Assembly (NCBI GenBank): GCA_016748015.1
Contig: JAAOMT010000436.1
Coordinates: 1,002,033 to 1,066,032, forward strand
Direction of reading: 5' to 3'
From: Geosiphon pyriformis uo1
Lineage: Eukaryota > Fungi > Glomeromycota
DNA length: 64,000 nt
This document shows, piece after piece, positions 50,366 to 64,000 of this stretch. The notes below the pieces were generated by a model. That model worked only from the letters and a program-made list of their open reading frames with translations. It was not told the origin of the DNA and ran no database searches. The first letter of the stretch is position 1, and each line of letters starts with the position of its first letter. A program made the position numbers and the translations under genes.

Positions 50366-51213
50366 ATGGCCCAAAGCGATTCTAACGAAAATGTTACCTC
50401 AACCACCTCGAGTTTATCCTTTAGTGATCCTCATTTCAAGTGTGATTTGTTGGCTGACAATGCACGAGAATACGTTATGACAACTGACCAGCCTTTGTTA
50501 AGCTGGTTCGATCTTGGAGGGGCTTTGATTTTGACGTGCCTACTCACTTTATTGGTAGATTCTTCAAGCATTAGTTAAATGGATTCCTTAATGCACTATT
50601 AATTTCTAAAGTCTTATATACCTTGTTAACATAGGAGCAGACAAAGATTTCTTGTGGAATAATTATCACATTGCTGATAATATGGGTTTGGTCAAAATGT
50701 AATATAATAAAAGAAGGTGACTTTCCTGGTTTTGACGGTCTCCAACTAGTTACGGCAGGCGAAAAACATTTATCGGTATTTGAATTAGGTTTTGAGGATA
50801 GACATAAGATTTCTTGGTTTATTTAACTTTAAATCTTTAGAAAGTATACTTTTATTACGTGATGTTGGTGTCCAGGTGAAAACATCATATATGGACGGTA
50901 GATGCGTATCCAGATTCATTGACAGATCCAAGATTTTAGATGTTATTATCAATGAAGGAATCACGATGTTACAAGTTAAGTTTTACTTGGCAATTATTGT
51001 GGAAAGCCAAGATCGAATGGTGGTAGTATTTGAAGTGAGTTGATCCAAAATTTTGATTCTCCATTGATATTTTTGAAGGGATCAAGAAACTAACAAATTT
51101 TTCGTTGTAAACAGCATTTGTTACCTCGTTTAAATGTATTACTAGAGGTATACCAAGGTACAAGAGCTGTATTATTTAATGAAAATGAAGAAACTTTTGA
51201 TTCGAATGGTTGA
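50366..51213 (+). CDS. PIGH: GPI-GlcNAc transferase subunit PIG-H/Gpi15, multi-exon
   Basis: Two TM segments, then ESILLLRDVGVQV...RFIDRSKILDVIINEG..QVKFYLAIIV...VVVFE|HLLPRL. Confidence 0.88.
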
Positions 51214-52473
51214 AGAATATGAGTGAAACATCCTTTGATCCACTGTAAATTGGACAACTATGATTCATCAGATAATTAGAATAGATCTCAAAAGTGGATT
51301 GTAATTTAAATTTACTTGTCAAAAAGTGTCTTGAGATTAATAGATTTTATGATATGTAAATAATAAATATTTTTTATTTTTGTGACTTTTAAAGTCAGTA
51401 AAATATTTAATGGTATATTAAAGAAGTTTATTTAATTTAATTTCTATTTTATATTTAAAATTAATATTTATTAAGAGTGGTTTTAAGCTCAATTTCTTTC
51501 AGATAAATATGAACCCCCGACCCAAATTCCGAGTCAGCTTCCCAATCTTCTCACCGAGATAAACCTTTCACTGGTTAATGATGCACTCGCACTCAAATAT
51601 TTACTAATTGAAGTCGCGTTGTATTGTTATTTACAAGCTAACAAGTAGTCTTTGGCAGCTGCGCAAAAACAATGGTTAAAAACAGCAGTATGGCGTTCCG
51701 TCACCTATAAGCCACATGAATTTCGATCCTCTGACCCAGACATAAAGAAACAAACCAAACGTCAAACTAACTATGTGAATAGGTTTGATAAGATGGAACG
51801 AACCATTATTTATGTGGATCATAAAGCTGGAGTCAAAGTTACTTGTTTTTATGGTAACCAATTTTTTAAATTGTAGATGGAAATAGTTATAAAGATTATG
51901 TGATCAAGCCGATCCCAATCGCCATAGAAGTTCTTCCAGGGTGTATCTACCTCATAAATGGACTATTATCTTTAAGACTATTTTTAAAATTGGTATGGCC
52001 GTGATACTATTAAATATGTTAGTAAACCTTCTAGTAATTAAGTCTTTTTCATGATTTTGGAATATTAGAATAGATTTTTTTAAAAGTTTCTCAAATTCTT
52101 GGGATCATGTTAAATTTTAATTATGTTTATTACGATAATGAAATTAACTGAGTGGTTTAAAAAGATCATGTAAAAAAAAAAAAAATTTGTTTAAGCCTTT
52201 CTTACAGAGATGTATGTTTACCATGTGAATTCAAGAGGAATATACATATGGTTAAAGAGTAAAAGTAACAACAAAGATGAAAATAATTATATTTTATGAA
52301 ACTCAGCTATTCATTTTGTTGAAACAAAACAAAAAAACAAAAAAAAACAAATATATATATATATATATGACTCATTAAAATGACATGATGATAAAGATTT
52401 AAGTTCACAACATAACACAACACAACACATACATTTTACGAAATTTTTTTCCCTTTTACTTTTAAAAAAAAAA

Positions 52474-52926
52474 ATGCATTTAATGTATTATCTTGACGAT
52501 AACGGTACCCGTATTTATACCATGAAGGTAATATATATAAATTTAGTATTTGACAATTTTTAAAAAAATATATTTTTTTTTTCATGAGGATTTTCAAAAA
52601 GTAAAAAAGTAAAAAAGTAAAAAGTAAAAATCAACTTTTTTCTTTGTGAAAAAATTATCTCTCTCAAAAAAAAAAATTTTTTGGTAAAAAACTTTTTTAA
52701 AATTAAAAAAAATTTCCCAATTCTAATTAATTAACTCCCATTTTCTAATACTAAAAACTTTATCATGCACATTATTGTACAAAAGAAATTAAGTCCAACG
52801 GGTGAAGTCACAAAATCAGCTCACCCGGCTCGATTCTCCCCCGATGATAAGTTTTCACGACATCGCGTGACACTGAAAAAACGGTTCGGTTTGTTGTTAA
52901 CGCAGCAAGTGGCTAAAGAGGATTAA
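52474..52926 (+). CDS. NOP10: H/ACA snoRNP subunit Nop10 (exons 52474-52527 and 52786-52926; 64 aa; missed by the ORF track)
   Basis: [18 protein letters not shown]|[41 protein letters not shown]. Confidence 0.96.
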
Positions 52927-53012
52927 TATAATTAGGCGAAACATAGGTTTGAATTCAGGTGTGAATTTGAGATGGGTGATGTGATTTTATGCCCTATTTA
53001 TTCGAAGCTCAA

Positions 53013-53150
<138 letters not shown>

Positions 53151-53535
53151 GGACATTTCATCAGAGTATGAACACGAAATTGAGGATATAACAGAATTAC
53201 GATTAGATTAGATTGAATTGAATTGAATTGAATTGAATGGATTGATGTAAATTCACAAAAATCATTTCTTTATTCTTAATTAAAGAATTATTCAATAAAT
53301 GTGTATATCACAATACAACACAAAAAAATAAAAATTATAATCATATCTGTTTGCACATTTTCCACGTCAAAGATTATATTAAGATTTAGTGTCATTAAAA
53401 ATCTGAAATTTATTCGACTTGAGTAGATAATATCAAAGCAATCTCCATAAATCGCGTTGTAATATTTCATAAACAACATTATTCCAGCTTTTTTGGAAAA
53501 TAAATAATTATCACAAACTCTTGAACCTTTAAGGA

Positions 53536-53540
53536 TCAAT

Positions 53541-53572
<32 letters not shown>

Positions 53573-54321
53573 GATCCTGACCCCTTCTTCCATCCACCAC
53601 CGAAATGATGTTTCTTTTTCTTGTGCGGTTTCAAAGCAGATCCAATTAACATTCCAGCGGCGGCACCACCTAATCCACCTAATCCAAATTTACCCAATTT
53701 ATTTGGCTTATGTTTATTTGGTTTCCCACCTCCTCCTAAGGCATTCATCGCAGCGGCACCTAATGCACCCGCGACGCCAATTTTCAAAATTTTGCCCACC
53801 ATTCCACGTTCACCTTGTTCCCCGGGTACACCTTCGCCAGTTGTTGTTGATGGTTCACCTGAATATCCTGGTATTGGAGGAGCATGGGATGGAGCATTAT
53901 AATATTTCAGATTCTCTGATGGTGGAATAGTAGAATTTGAGAAATTTGGAACACTTCCTTGTGTAGGTGATTGTGGCATATATTGAGCCGGATATCCTGG
54001 TGATTGTGGTATTGAAGAGTATAGATTATCTTCAGGTTCTAGGTATTGTGGACTTGGATAACCTATGCCATGTGGTGATGATAATGGGATCGTTGAAGGA
54101 TACTTTGTCTGACTCTCGGGTGGATATAGTGATGAGGTGGGTGCAGTTGGATACGGCTGTGGAAATGAAGGAAACGAAATTGATTCGTTGGTATATTGCT
54201 CGTTTCTTGGGTCTTCCCAAGAAGTTATCGGTGGTTGTTTCGTTGTATCAATGAAAAAGTATTTTCCACTTGCTGGGTCATATTGTGAGATCCAACCTTG
54301 AGGTAACGGCCTTTGGTCCAT
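53536..54321 (-). CDS. WW-domain protein, Pro/Tyr-rich, with Gly-rich C-terminus (Wwm1-like)
   Basis: PLPQGWISQYDPASGKYFFID..ITSWEDPR; GAAAGMLIG glycine-zipper-like segments. Confidence 0.85.
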
Positions 54322-55164
54322 TTTTTTGTAAATTGTTAAAGTGAAAATTCAAAGTCAGAGTTGAGAATATGGCGGAAACGCAGAAAAGAAAATTGTTTCA
54401 AGGGGTTTATAAATATAAAATAATTAAATGGGCCTATTTTTAAAGTCTAGACTATCAAGAAGTTTTAAATGATGATAATGTAATCCGATGATGATAATGT
54501 AATCCGATGATGGAAGTTCCTTTGGGTATTAATAGAAAACACCAAATTTGGCAATTTGGTTTTGGTGGGAGAACGGTATGACGAATATTCTATTTGCCAA
54601 GGGGGAAGAGGAAATTCTAGGGTTTCCAAGTTACGCAAATTGCCGATAAGCCGAGATTTTTGAATCATCTAGAGATTTTTTTTGTATAGGGTAATTAACA
54701 CTTTTTCAATATGCATTAATTTCCCATGCTAACACATTTTCCACGAATATTTTCACATGCTCGAGGTGTTTTTCACGTGAACCATTAAGACAACATGTGA
54801 ACATTTTATCAAGTAATTAATCACCATCCGGGAGAATATAAATGAGATGAATTTTTTAATGAGGGAAAAAACCAAAATTTTTTCTTTTGATAAAGAAAGG
54901 AATCCATACATTTTTTATTATTTCAAAATTTTCCATTTTACAACCGTGTGGATAGATATAGGTGAGAAGTTTTTGAAAAAATAGTGATAATCAAGTTGAT
55001 TTTTCTTTTTGGATTAGTGAAAATTTGATTTTATATTTGTAACTTATTAGTGTGTTTATTTGATATATTAAATGTTCAGAGCAAAAAGAACGTAAAACAT
55101 ATCAAAAAGGAAATATCATAGAGAATTCAATTTCATTTTATTTAATTTTCCATGTAATATTTCA

Positions 55165-55178
55165 TAATAATAATAATA

Positions 55179-55215
<37 letters not shown>

Positions 55216-55285
55216 ATTAATTATTAATTATTATTATTAATTATTATTAATTATTAATTATTATTATTAATTATTATTATTATTA

Positions 55286-55353
<68 letters not shown>

Positions 55354-55410
55354 CATCATTATTATCATTATCATTATCGCCATTATCGCCATCACCACCA
55401 CCACCATCAG
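55165..55410. repeat. Long (ATT)n compound microsatellite grading into ATC/ACC
   Basis: Visible trinucleotide runs. Confidence 0.9.
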
Positions 55411-55485
55411 TGTTATTAATTAATTCAAAGAAACTGACTCATCGATTTTCGTAAATTCAAAGAAAAACAACAAAAGTCTTAAAAT

Positions 55486-56205
55486 ATGCAAGCATCAAAT
55501 CAAGAATCGTCAAACATGGGTAACTCGACACTTTTCAACAACCCTATAAACGATTCACAAGTTCAACAAAAACCGTCTATCAAGAATTATTCTTCATTAC
55601 GACCCATTATTAATAATAGCAATAATCCAATTCCAACCTCCTTCATCGTTGGTGGAAATACAAGTTTACAACATCATAATTCACTTGATAGGACAGGATT
55701 AAACGCCGATAAAAATTCGTTAACAATTACCAACTCATCATCATTAAACAATAATGATGATGATGTTGATGTTGATGTTGATGATGTTGGTGAATTAGAA
55801 TACCTGACCGCACAAGGAAAATCAGTAGTTCATTATATCCTAAATCCTCATAAACTTCGTCAAGATCATCCAATGTGGCATTATTGTTATTTGATCATAT
55901 TAGTTTTCACTGCGTTTTTCGCTCTATTTATCGGACCTGTAGTATTTGGAATGTTGGCAGCATTTGGTGGAATTGGGGCTCCGTTTGTTCTATCAATTAT
56001 TGGTGCGGGGATTGGAATTATTACTGGTTTATTACTAGGAGTTGTGTTTTCTGTGATTTTAATCGTTGGTTTGGTTAAAGTAGTTGGATTGGGAGCCGGT
56101 TGGGTTTTGGATGCTCTTTGGTTAGGGGGAAATGATTTAATTGAGGTTATAAAGAATTTAGCTAGGATGATTGTTGATCCCGCCCAAGGATTACATCAAG
56201 AGTGA
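55486..56205 (+). CDS. Hypothetical membrane or lipid-droplet protein with a long Gly-rich hydrophobic segment
   Basis: 239-aa ATG ORF; disordered Asn/Ser/Asp N-terminus; ~65 uncharged hydrophobic residues near the C-terminus. Confidence 0.7.
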   Translation: MQASNQESSNMGNSTLFNNPINDSQVQQKPSIKNYSSLRPIINNSNNPIPTSFIVGGNTSLQHHNSLDRTGLNADKNSLTITNSSSLNNNDDDVDVDVDDVGELEYLTAQGKSVVHYILNPHKLRQDHPMWHYCYLIILVFTAFFALFIGPVVFGMLAAFGGIGAPFVLSIIGAGIGIITGLLLGVVFSVILIVGLVKVVGLGAGWVLDALWLGGNDLIEVIKNLARMIVDPAQGLHQE

Positions 56206-56587
56206 GAAATTTAATTTTTAAAAGTAATTTTTTTATAGAATATTGAACCTTTTTGTAATTTTATTGGGAATTATTTATTAAAAATTAAATAATAATTATT
56301 TTATTTAATAAAATTATAAACGATTTTATAGTAAAAAATAAATAAATAAATAAATAAATAAACAAATAAATAAAAAAAAAACAACGTATAAAAAAGTTTC
56401 TCAACAATAGATAGATTGATGTCATATCAAAAAGTAATTAATAAAAAATAAATATATATAAAAATATATATATATATATATAGGTATTGCCATCTATTGG
56501 ATCAAAAAAAAAATTCTCAATTATTCAATTTTTTTTTCTCTCCTCTCTTTTGCCATCAATTTTTCGATTGCTTTAAAATCATTAATT

Positions 56588-56837
56588 ATGATCTTATTAA
56601 TAATTACTTTTATCTTGTTGACTAGTTTAACATTCTATTATAAATTAATTTACAAACCAAACTCATTACCCCCTCTCTCCAAAATTCAAGGTAAAAATGT
56701 AATTATTACAGGGGCTAGCTGGGGTCTTGGGTAATTTTCAATTTATTTATTTATTTATTTATTCATTCATTTACTATTCTCGCCCGTAGATATTTTTTTT
56801 AAGATATTTGCTTTGATAGATATAGCAAAATTTAATT

Positions 56838-56870
<33 letters not shown>

Positions 56871-57794
56871 TTCATATTTAGCGCCGAGATGGCATACCAC
56901 TCCGCAAAAAATGGTGCATCAAACATAATCCTGGCAGCACGTCAAACCTCTCTTTTAGAAAAAGTGGCTGATAAATGTAGAACAATTAGTGAACCCAACT
57001 ATAAAATCCATCAAATTCAAACTGGAATCAAAATAATAACATGTGATCTAGCAAATGAGCAAGATTGTAAAATGCTCATCACGAAATCCGTCCAGTTCTT
57101 CAAAGATTCTCTTAAAGATTTCAACTATCAACCTCATGATAAGGATGATCATTCAAAACCAATAATTGATATCCTAATACTAAATCACACGATGGGCATT
57201 TTTGAACATCTACCACTCCTCACCGATCCAAAATCAATTATTCAAAAAATGAGACAAGTTGTCGATGTTAATGTGATGGGTTTTACCACTTTGGCACATT
57301 ACGCTATCCCTTATATGATTCCCCAAGATATTAATTCCACTTTAACCCCAATCTACCCATCTCAATTGAAATTTCTCATACCGACGAGAATCCTAATAGT
57401 TTCCTCCCTCCTAGCTGAAATATCACTGGGAATGTCATGTTCATACAGTGCTACAAAATCTGCAATGAATTCTTACTTCACATCTCTTCGTGATGAACTT
57501 TTATTCTCCCATCTCCCGATTACAATCACAATATTTCATCTAGGCGCAATCAACACCGAAGAATTTAGAAAAAAGGCAGCAATTAATGTGAAACCATTAT
57601 GGGTTAATTATTTATTGAAAACTGCTTCGGATCCAGTACGGACTACGGAAATGATGTTGAGAAGTACAATGGCAGGTGATAACGATGTCTGGTATCCATT
57701 TTTATATGGTTATTTGGTACCAATTTTGTATGCTCTTGTGCCTGGAATTACGAGACGGGCCGCAAGAGTGATACAGAGGCATTTGTTTGTTTAA
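56588..57794 (+). CDS. Short-chain dehydrogenase/reductase (11beta-HSD-like) with N-terminal TM anchor; intron 56731-56881
   Basis: GKNVIITGASWGLG|AEMA, IDILILNH, VSS, YSATK. Confidence 0.9.
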
Positions 57795-58156
57795 TTAGTG
57801 TTTTTATATAGATAAAGATGACTACAGTTTTCATGATGGCTACCCCATAACATCCTTACTTTTTAAGAATATTGAAAAAATCGCTCAGGCTGTTCATTAT
57901 TAACACCTCAATTCCAAAATGTTTCTCTCAAATCGACTTTTACATTTTGAATAAATTTATATTTTGAAAACTTACCAATAAATTTACTCGATAATATTTT
58001 GGTTTGGCTAAAACAAAAATTCAAATTTTAATTTTAATTTACTTTAATAATAAAAATAAATAATGATTAATTTTTAAGCTGATAATTAAACTTATAAATA
58101 ATAATAATAATAATAATAATAATAATCATTGAATAAATTGAAAAATTTTTTATATA

Positions 58157-58195
<39 letters not shown>

Positions 58196-58310
58196 TTTTT
58201 AATAATATAATAAAAATTAATAAAATATTTTAATTTTGTAATTAATAACCCTTTTTTATCTTTTATTAAATACATTTAATAAAATAATGATTGTTGTGTA
58301 TCATACAAAT

Positions 58311-58328
58311 ACGCGACAAAAGACGCGT
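58311..58328. promoter_or_regulatory. Tandem MCB-like boxes (ACGCGA, ACGCGT) upstream of SMC2
   Basis: Two CGCG cores in otherwise very AT-rich DNA, ~300 bp before the ATG. Confidence 0.55.
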
Positions 58329-58342
58329 CTCAGAATTTCATT

Positions 58343-58343
<1 letters not shown>

Positions 58344-58415
<72 letters not shown>

Positions 58416-58461
58416 AAAAAAAAAAAAAAAAAAAAAAAAATTAAAAAAAAAAAAAAAAAAA
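58344..58461. repeat. ~118-nt poly(A) tract
   Basis: Homopolymer with few interruptions. Confidence 0.9.
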
Positions 58462-58627
58462 GAATATTTGGTAGTATACACAATCCACTCCTCTTATTAC
58501 AATCAAAGAGACTTTGAAAAGTTAGAATTTAAACCTGGTTCTACTGAAAGTGTTTACAAACTTGTAATCTTTGTTGACCTTTTTAACTTTCATAAAGTCT
58601 CCCAAAACTCTTTTGAAATATTTTAAG

Positions 58628-61600
58628 ATGCGCATAGAAGAGCTTATTATAGAAGGTTTCAAATCATATTCTGTTAGAACCCACATTACTGGTTGGGACC
58701 CCGAATTCAATGCTATCACAGGGTTAAATGGATCCGGAAAGTCAAATATATTAGACGCAATATGTTTTGTCCTCGGAATTACGAATCTCAGTCAAGTGCG
58801 CGCAAGCAATATGCAAGATTTGATTTATAAACGTGGTCAGGCTGGGGTCACCAAAGCAACGGTTACGATAGTCTTCAACAACGAAGATAGAGAAAATAGT
58901 CCTGTTGGATTTGAGCAGTACAAGCAATTAACAGTAACAAGACAGGTTTGCCCTGAATTTCCCGAAAATCAGAGTCGTCCATGATTACAATGAATCTATC
59001 AAACTTATTCGGTTTAACACTAATCTATCCGCAGATCGTTATGGGTGGCCAAAGCAAATATATCGTTAATGGTCATAAGGCTCAACAACAAGCTGTGTCA
59101 AATTTGTTTCAATCTGTCCAGCTTAACATAAATAATCCACATTTCCTGATCATGCAAGGTAAGATTACAAAAGTCCTAAACATGAAACCTCCCGAGATTT
59201 TGGCAATTATCGAGGAAGCGGCTGGAACAAGAATGTTTGAAGAGAGGAAGGAAAAGGCATTGAAAACTATCGCAAAGAAAGAGAAAAAAGTCGAAGAGAT
59301 TACAGCGGTAAAAAAAAAAATTCAATCTATCTTAATCTCAATTCCTTGAAACAATCCCATCATAATTTAATCTCGTAAAAATTGACGACGCATCTTTTTT
59401 TAGCTGCTTAATGAAGAAATTGGCCCAAAGTTAGAAAAACTTCGGACCGAGAAACGCTTATATTTAGAATTTGTGAAAACAAAATCTGAAATTGAACGTT
59501 TAACTCGATTGTCAATTGCTTATGATTATCATATCAACGAAGTAGGTCACATGACTCTTACAACCTCTTGAGATTTTCGGAAATTTTCTTAATGAAACTG
59601 GGTCAATTTTAGCAAAAACTTTATCGATCAGGAGCCGAATTTCAGGCGAAGCAACAGAAAATAAGAGATTTGGAAAGTGCTGGAGAAAGGCTAAAGGAAG
59701 AGATTGCGCGTTTGGATAATGACTTGACACACACAGTTGACAAGAAACGAAAGGTCAAAAAGAAAAAGTGGTCATCAGCTCAACTTACATCAATTAACGA
59801 AATCCCTTAATATGACATCATTAGGAATTGGGTGACGGTACTAAATTTCAGGAACTTGAAAACAAGATAAAGGAATTCTCTAATGAAATTGTCCGTATCA
59901 AAACAAAATGCGCAATTTCGAAGACATCTATCGTCGAAGAAAATAATAAAAAACAATCCCTAATGGTTACCAAAAATGAGGTATAAAGTCTATAAGAGTC
60001 ATATGTTGCATAAGATTTTGAGTTACTCTTAAACAATGGTTTATTAGACGGAAGAAGTTCTCAAACAAAAATCCAGTGAGCATGAAGTATTAGAGGCCAC
60101 ATTCATTGAATTTAAAAAAATGTACGAAGAAAAAAGTGATCAGGTTCGAAAATCCGAAGAATTATTGCAAACTCTCTCAACCGGTGTTTCTGATGAAGAA
60201 GGTCATGAGAATGGATACATGGAACAAATTCAAGGTAATTTTTATTAGTAATACCCAGTATCGAATTCCCTTTAATGTATTTGTCCATTAAGACTTCAAA
60301 ACAAAATCATAGCGGCTAAAAACAGTGCGACTCAGGCTTCGACTGAAGTTGAACAAGCCAAAATAAAAATCTCTCACTTGAAAAGGGAACTCAAAGAAAA
60401 AGAACCCCAAGCTAGGAAGGCACTCAAAGATGGTCAATGGATGCTGAGAGATTTAGAGAATGGAAAAAAGACTTTGCAAGAATTACAGGTAATTATTTTC
60501 AAGATTTTTCATCAACCTTCTCTATTTTTTCAATGACTAAGATAAAAACTATTATGTTTACAAGACTTCCTTGGCAAATTTGGATTGGGATCCTGACAAA
60601 GAGGCTCAACTCTTAAAAAATCAATCTAATATTCATGCAATTGTACAGCAGCTCACGGAGGTATTAAATAAAAATGAATTACCAAAAATCTTGATGGTCA
60701 AACTATTAATATTTGGACAACAAATAACCTTTCAATCTAGCGTTACGAATCCCTATCCTCAGAGCTTGGAGGCCTAGAATTCACTTATAGTGATCCTGTT
60801 CCCAATTTTGATCGTTCAAAAGTCAAAGGATTAATCGCCGAGCTAATTGCTCTCGATGAACAGGCCGTGCGATATTCAACAGCATTAGAAATCTGTGCTG
60901 GTGCAAGGTTATATAATGTTTGTTGAAGATCTAATCGTTCTTGCAAGGTATTCTTTGAGGGTTTTGAAAAAAAGTCAAATGATCAACCTTTTTTATTGTT
61001 ATATATATATATATATAGGTTGTAGTTGAAAATGAAACAGTTGGGGCTCAACTTCTTGAAAGAGGCAAACTGCGGAAACGGGTCACAATAATACCCTTGA
61101 ACAAAGTTCAAGCATTCAGAATATCGGCAGAAGTAGGTTTGAAGTAAAACAAAGTTCATTTCTTGGAATAAATCTTTGGCTTGAACATTGTTTGTTTAAT
61201 CCAGAAAATCGCAACTGCTCAAAGACTTTCCCCTGGAAAAGTTAATTTGGCTCTGACTCTGATTGGCTTTGAGAAAGAAGTTAGCAGAGCAATGGAATAT
61301 GTTTTTGGAAATACATTTATATGCAATGATGGCGAAAGCGCCAAAAGAGTGACTTTTGATAAGAGCGTCAAGACCAAATCTGTAACTCTAGATGGTGATG
61401 TTTATGACCCTTCTGGAATCCTTCAGGGTGGGTCTAAACCTTCATCGTCCAGCATCCTAATCAAGTTGCAAAGCCTTAAACATATCAAGGAGGAGTTGTA
61501 TTCAAATAGAAAAGTTCTTGAGCAGCTGAACTCCCAAGTCAAAGGATCTCAAAGAATCATGAATCAGTATAAGGACTTGAAACAAAAATTAGACTTGAAA

Positions 61601-63642
61601 AAGCATGAAGTTGCCTTATTAGAAGAACAAATTAATAAGAGTAGCAATGCGCAGGTGATAAATTTTTGAGTCATCGAATTTCAATAAGAAGGCATCCATG
61701 TTATTTTTCATCTACTTAATTCCTTATATGTTTAAGGCCATAAACGAAATCGAGAATATAAGAATACAAATATCAGAACAAGAGGGTCTCGTTCTCTTAT
61801 CCACTCAAAAAAAAATCACCGCCATCGAAACTTGTTCCCGAATTGAAAAGGAGATGAGCGAGTTCAAAAATAATCGAGATTCCAAGCTTAAAGATATTCA
61901 GGTGATTTAATTTCAAGTAACCGATTTTCAATGCTCATTTTGTAACTAATTTTTAATATTCTGTAGATCTCGGTATCTGAAGGAAAGATTGCCTTGTCCA
62001 AAAGTTACCAAACCTTGAAAAGTATGCAGAGAGAAGTTCAAACCCTTCATCTAGAAATAAGTAAGAGACATTCGTGTTAAAGGTTACCTCTCTCTCTCTC
62101 TCTGAAACAGCATTATTGATCAAGTTATTACCCAATTTAGAACAACTTCAAGAAGATCGCCAGAACATGCAAAAGGAAATTGATACTTCTTTCAATATCC
62201 TAGATCAATTATCAAAGGAAGAGGAAAATATGAGAGAAGACCAAATCAAGTTGCAGGTTTGATCAATCATTGTTGCTCAACGTTTTAACATCTATTCTAA
62301 GAATCTCATCCCAATATGTATATGGTTCAAATTGTAATTATAGGCTATTGTTGATCAAACTCAGTTAGAACTACATAAAGAAAGAGAAATGTTGTCCGCT
62401 TTCGATGAAGAAATTAAAGAGCTTGAGACTGCTCATAAGTTTAAAGTCTCACAATTGACTGAGGCTCAACTAGAAATGTCCAAGATTAATCATGAAGTTG
62501 AAAGGTTTCTTCGAGAAAAACAAGCAGCTCAACAAGCTGTGCTCGCAATGGAAAGAGATTATGAGTGGATCGTTGATCAAAAGCAGTATGTTTGAATTTG
62601 TTGATTTTTACATGAACAGTGTGGGGGTGAGGATCAACAATAAAATCAAACAATCTTAGTCATTTTGGAAAGCCCAATACTCCGTACGATTTCGTCAATC
62701 AAAATCCTAATGATTGCAAGAAAATGTTACGGCAGCTTGAAGAAAAACATAACAACATGCGAAAAAAAATAAACGAAAAAGTCATGCCGATTATAGAAAG
62801 GTAAATCGTGTTTAGGATAAAGATTTCAATCATAAATTTTGAAAGTATCACCAATATCTTTTTCCATGTAGTGTGGAAAAGAAGGAAACCGCACTGAACC
62901 AAATGTTGGCAACGGTTCAAAAAGACAAGAAAAAAATCGAAAACACTATTGCTTCCCTTGATGACTACAAAAAGGATGCCCTGGAAAAAACTTGGGAGAA
63001 GGTTAATCGGTAAGCAAAAAATTATTTCAATTTATATCTGAGCTCAAGAAAGTTAAAAAATTTTAATCAAATCAATTTTCAGCGATTTTGGCGCCATTTT
63101 CAGCGACTTATTGGACAATAGTTTTGCCAAGTTGGAACCACCAGAAGGTGAAACCCTTCTTGAAGGGCTAGAATTTAAAGTTTGTCTGGGAGGTGTTTGG
63201 AAACAAAGCCTAACAGAACTAAGTGGTGGACAGAGGTAAACGTGTGTGTGGGGAAAATTAATCAATTTTAATATTTCTCAAATTAATTGAAGTTTTCTAT
63301 TAGGTCGTTGATCGCTTTGTCGTTGATCCTCTCTTTGTTGCAGTTCAAACCTGCTCCGATGTATATCCTCGATGAAGTGGACGCTGCTCTTGATCTTTCT
63401 CACACACAAAATATCGGACAATTGCTTAGAACAAGGTTCAAAGGATCTCAGTTTATCGTTGTATCACTCAAGGATGGCATGTTTAACAATGCCAACGTTT
63501 TATTCCGTACTCGATTCCGCGATGGGACTTCAGTCGTCGAGGTTTGAGCAATATTTGATTTCTGATTTCCAATTAATGAATTCATTTATAGATAATCTTT
63601 TGTTTTATCCAGCGCAATTGTTACTTAAAATCAAATCGATGA
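58628..63642 (+). CDS. SMC2: Condensin subunit SMC2 (many introns)
   Basis: [14 protein letters not shown]...[44 protein letters not shown], hinge [51 protein letters not shown]. Confidence 0.97.
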
Positions 63643-64000
63643 CAAACCGTTTTATTCACATAAATGGCAAGTATTAAATATGCAACAAAAACAAAAAATT
63701 GTAATTTATTTTGGTCGAATGTAATTTGAGAAGAAAATAAATTCAAAGACTGAAATGATAACTAGAACTTGAAATGGTTGAATTTTTAACTGGTGCATTT
63801 AAAAGACGGACGACTCACCAATTATTCTGTCTTTGAATTTTAAATGCCGCTTTTTTATAATTTTTTTGTCTAAAATTAGATGAAATAACCTTTCAAGATA
63901 GTCGAAAATGAAATTGGTCATTGGAAAAATTTAAAAGTTTTAATTTTCATAATTCAAATTATCCCTTGATCCATTGAATTTAATAGGTGTATATGGAAAT

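Overview
Eukaryotic fungal DNA: AT-rich, with short GT-AG introns. Gene and TE content suggests Glomeromycotina/Mucoromycota, possibly Geosiphon-like (inference). The window has two compartments. (1) 1-31.9 kb is a nested retroelement block. It holds LINE fragments, three Ty3/Gypsy-type LTR elements of two families and a solo LTR, all carrying many C>T/G>A stops. The LTR elements share an unusual layout: one Gag-PR-[triple CxxC Zn domain]-dUTPase-RT-RNaseH frame with an apparent GUG start; a conserved stop and non-coding spacer; integrase as a separate ORF; then a conserved extra ORF3 running into the PPT. (2) After an extremely AT-rich buffer (~31.9-33.0 kb) comes a gene-dense block: F-box/LRR, RBM33-like RRM protein, pacC/RIM101 (six GCCAAG sites in its promoter), ADP-ribosylglycohydrolase, SWD2/WDR82, PIG-H, NOP10, a WW protein, a hydrophobic-hairpin protein, an SDR and SMC2. 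At ~38.3-40.3 kb (minus strand, invisible in the ORF track) lies a decayed IS607-type element. It has a serine-recombinase TnpA overlapping an intron-containing TnpB/Fanzor2 RNA-guided nuclease gene, with a candidate omegaRNA region downstream. All calls come from manual reading and translation; no database searches were run.
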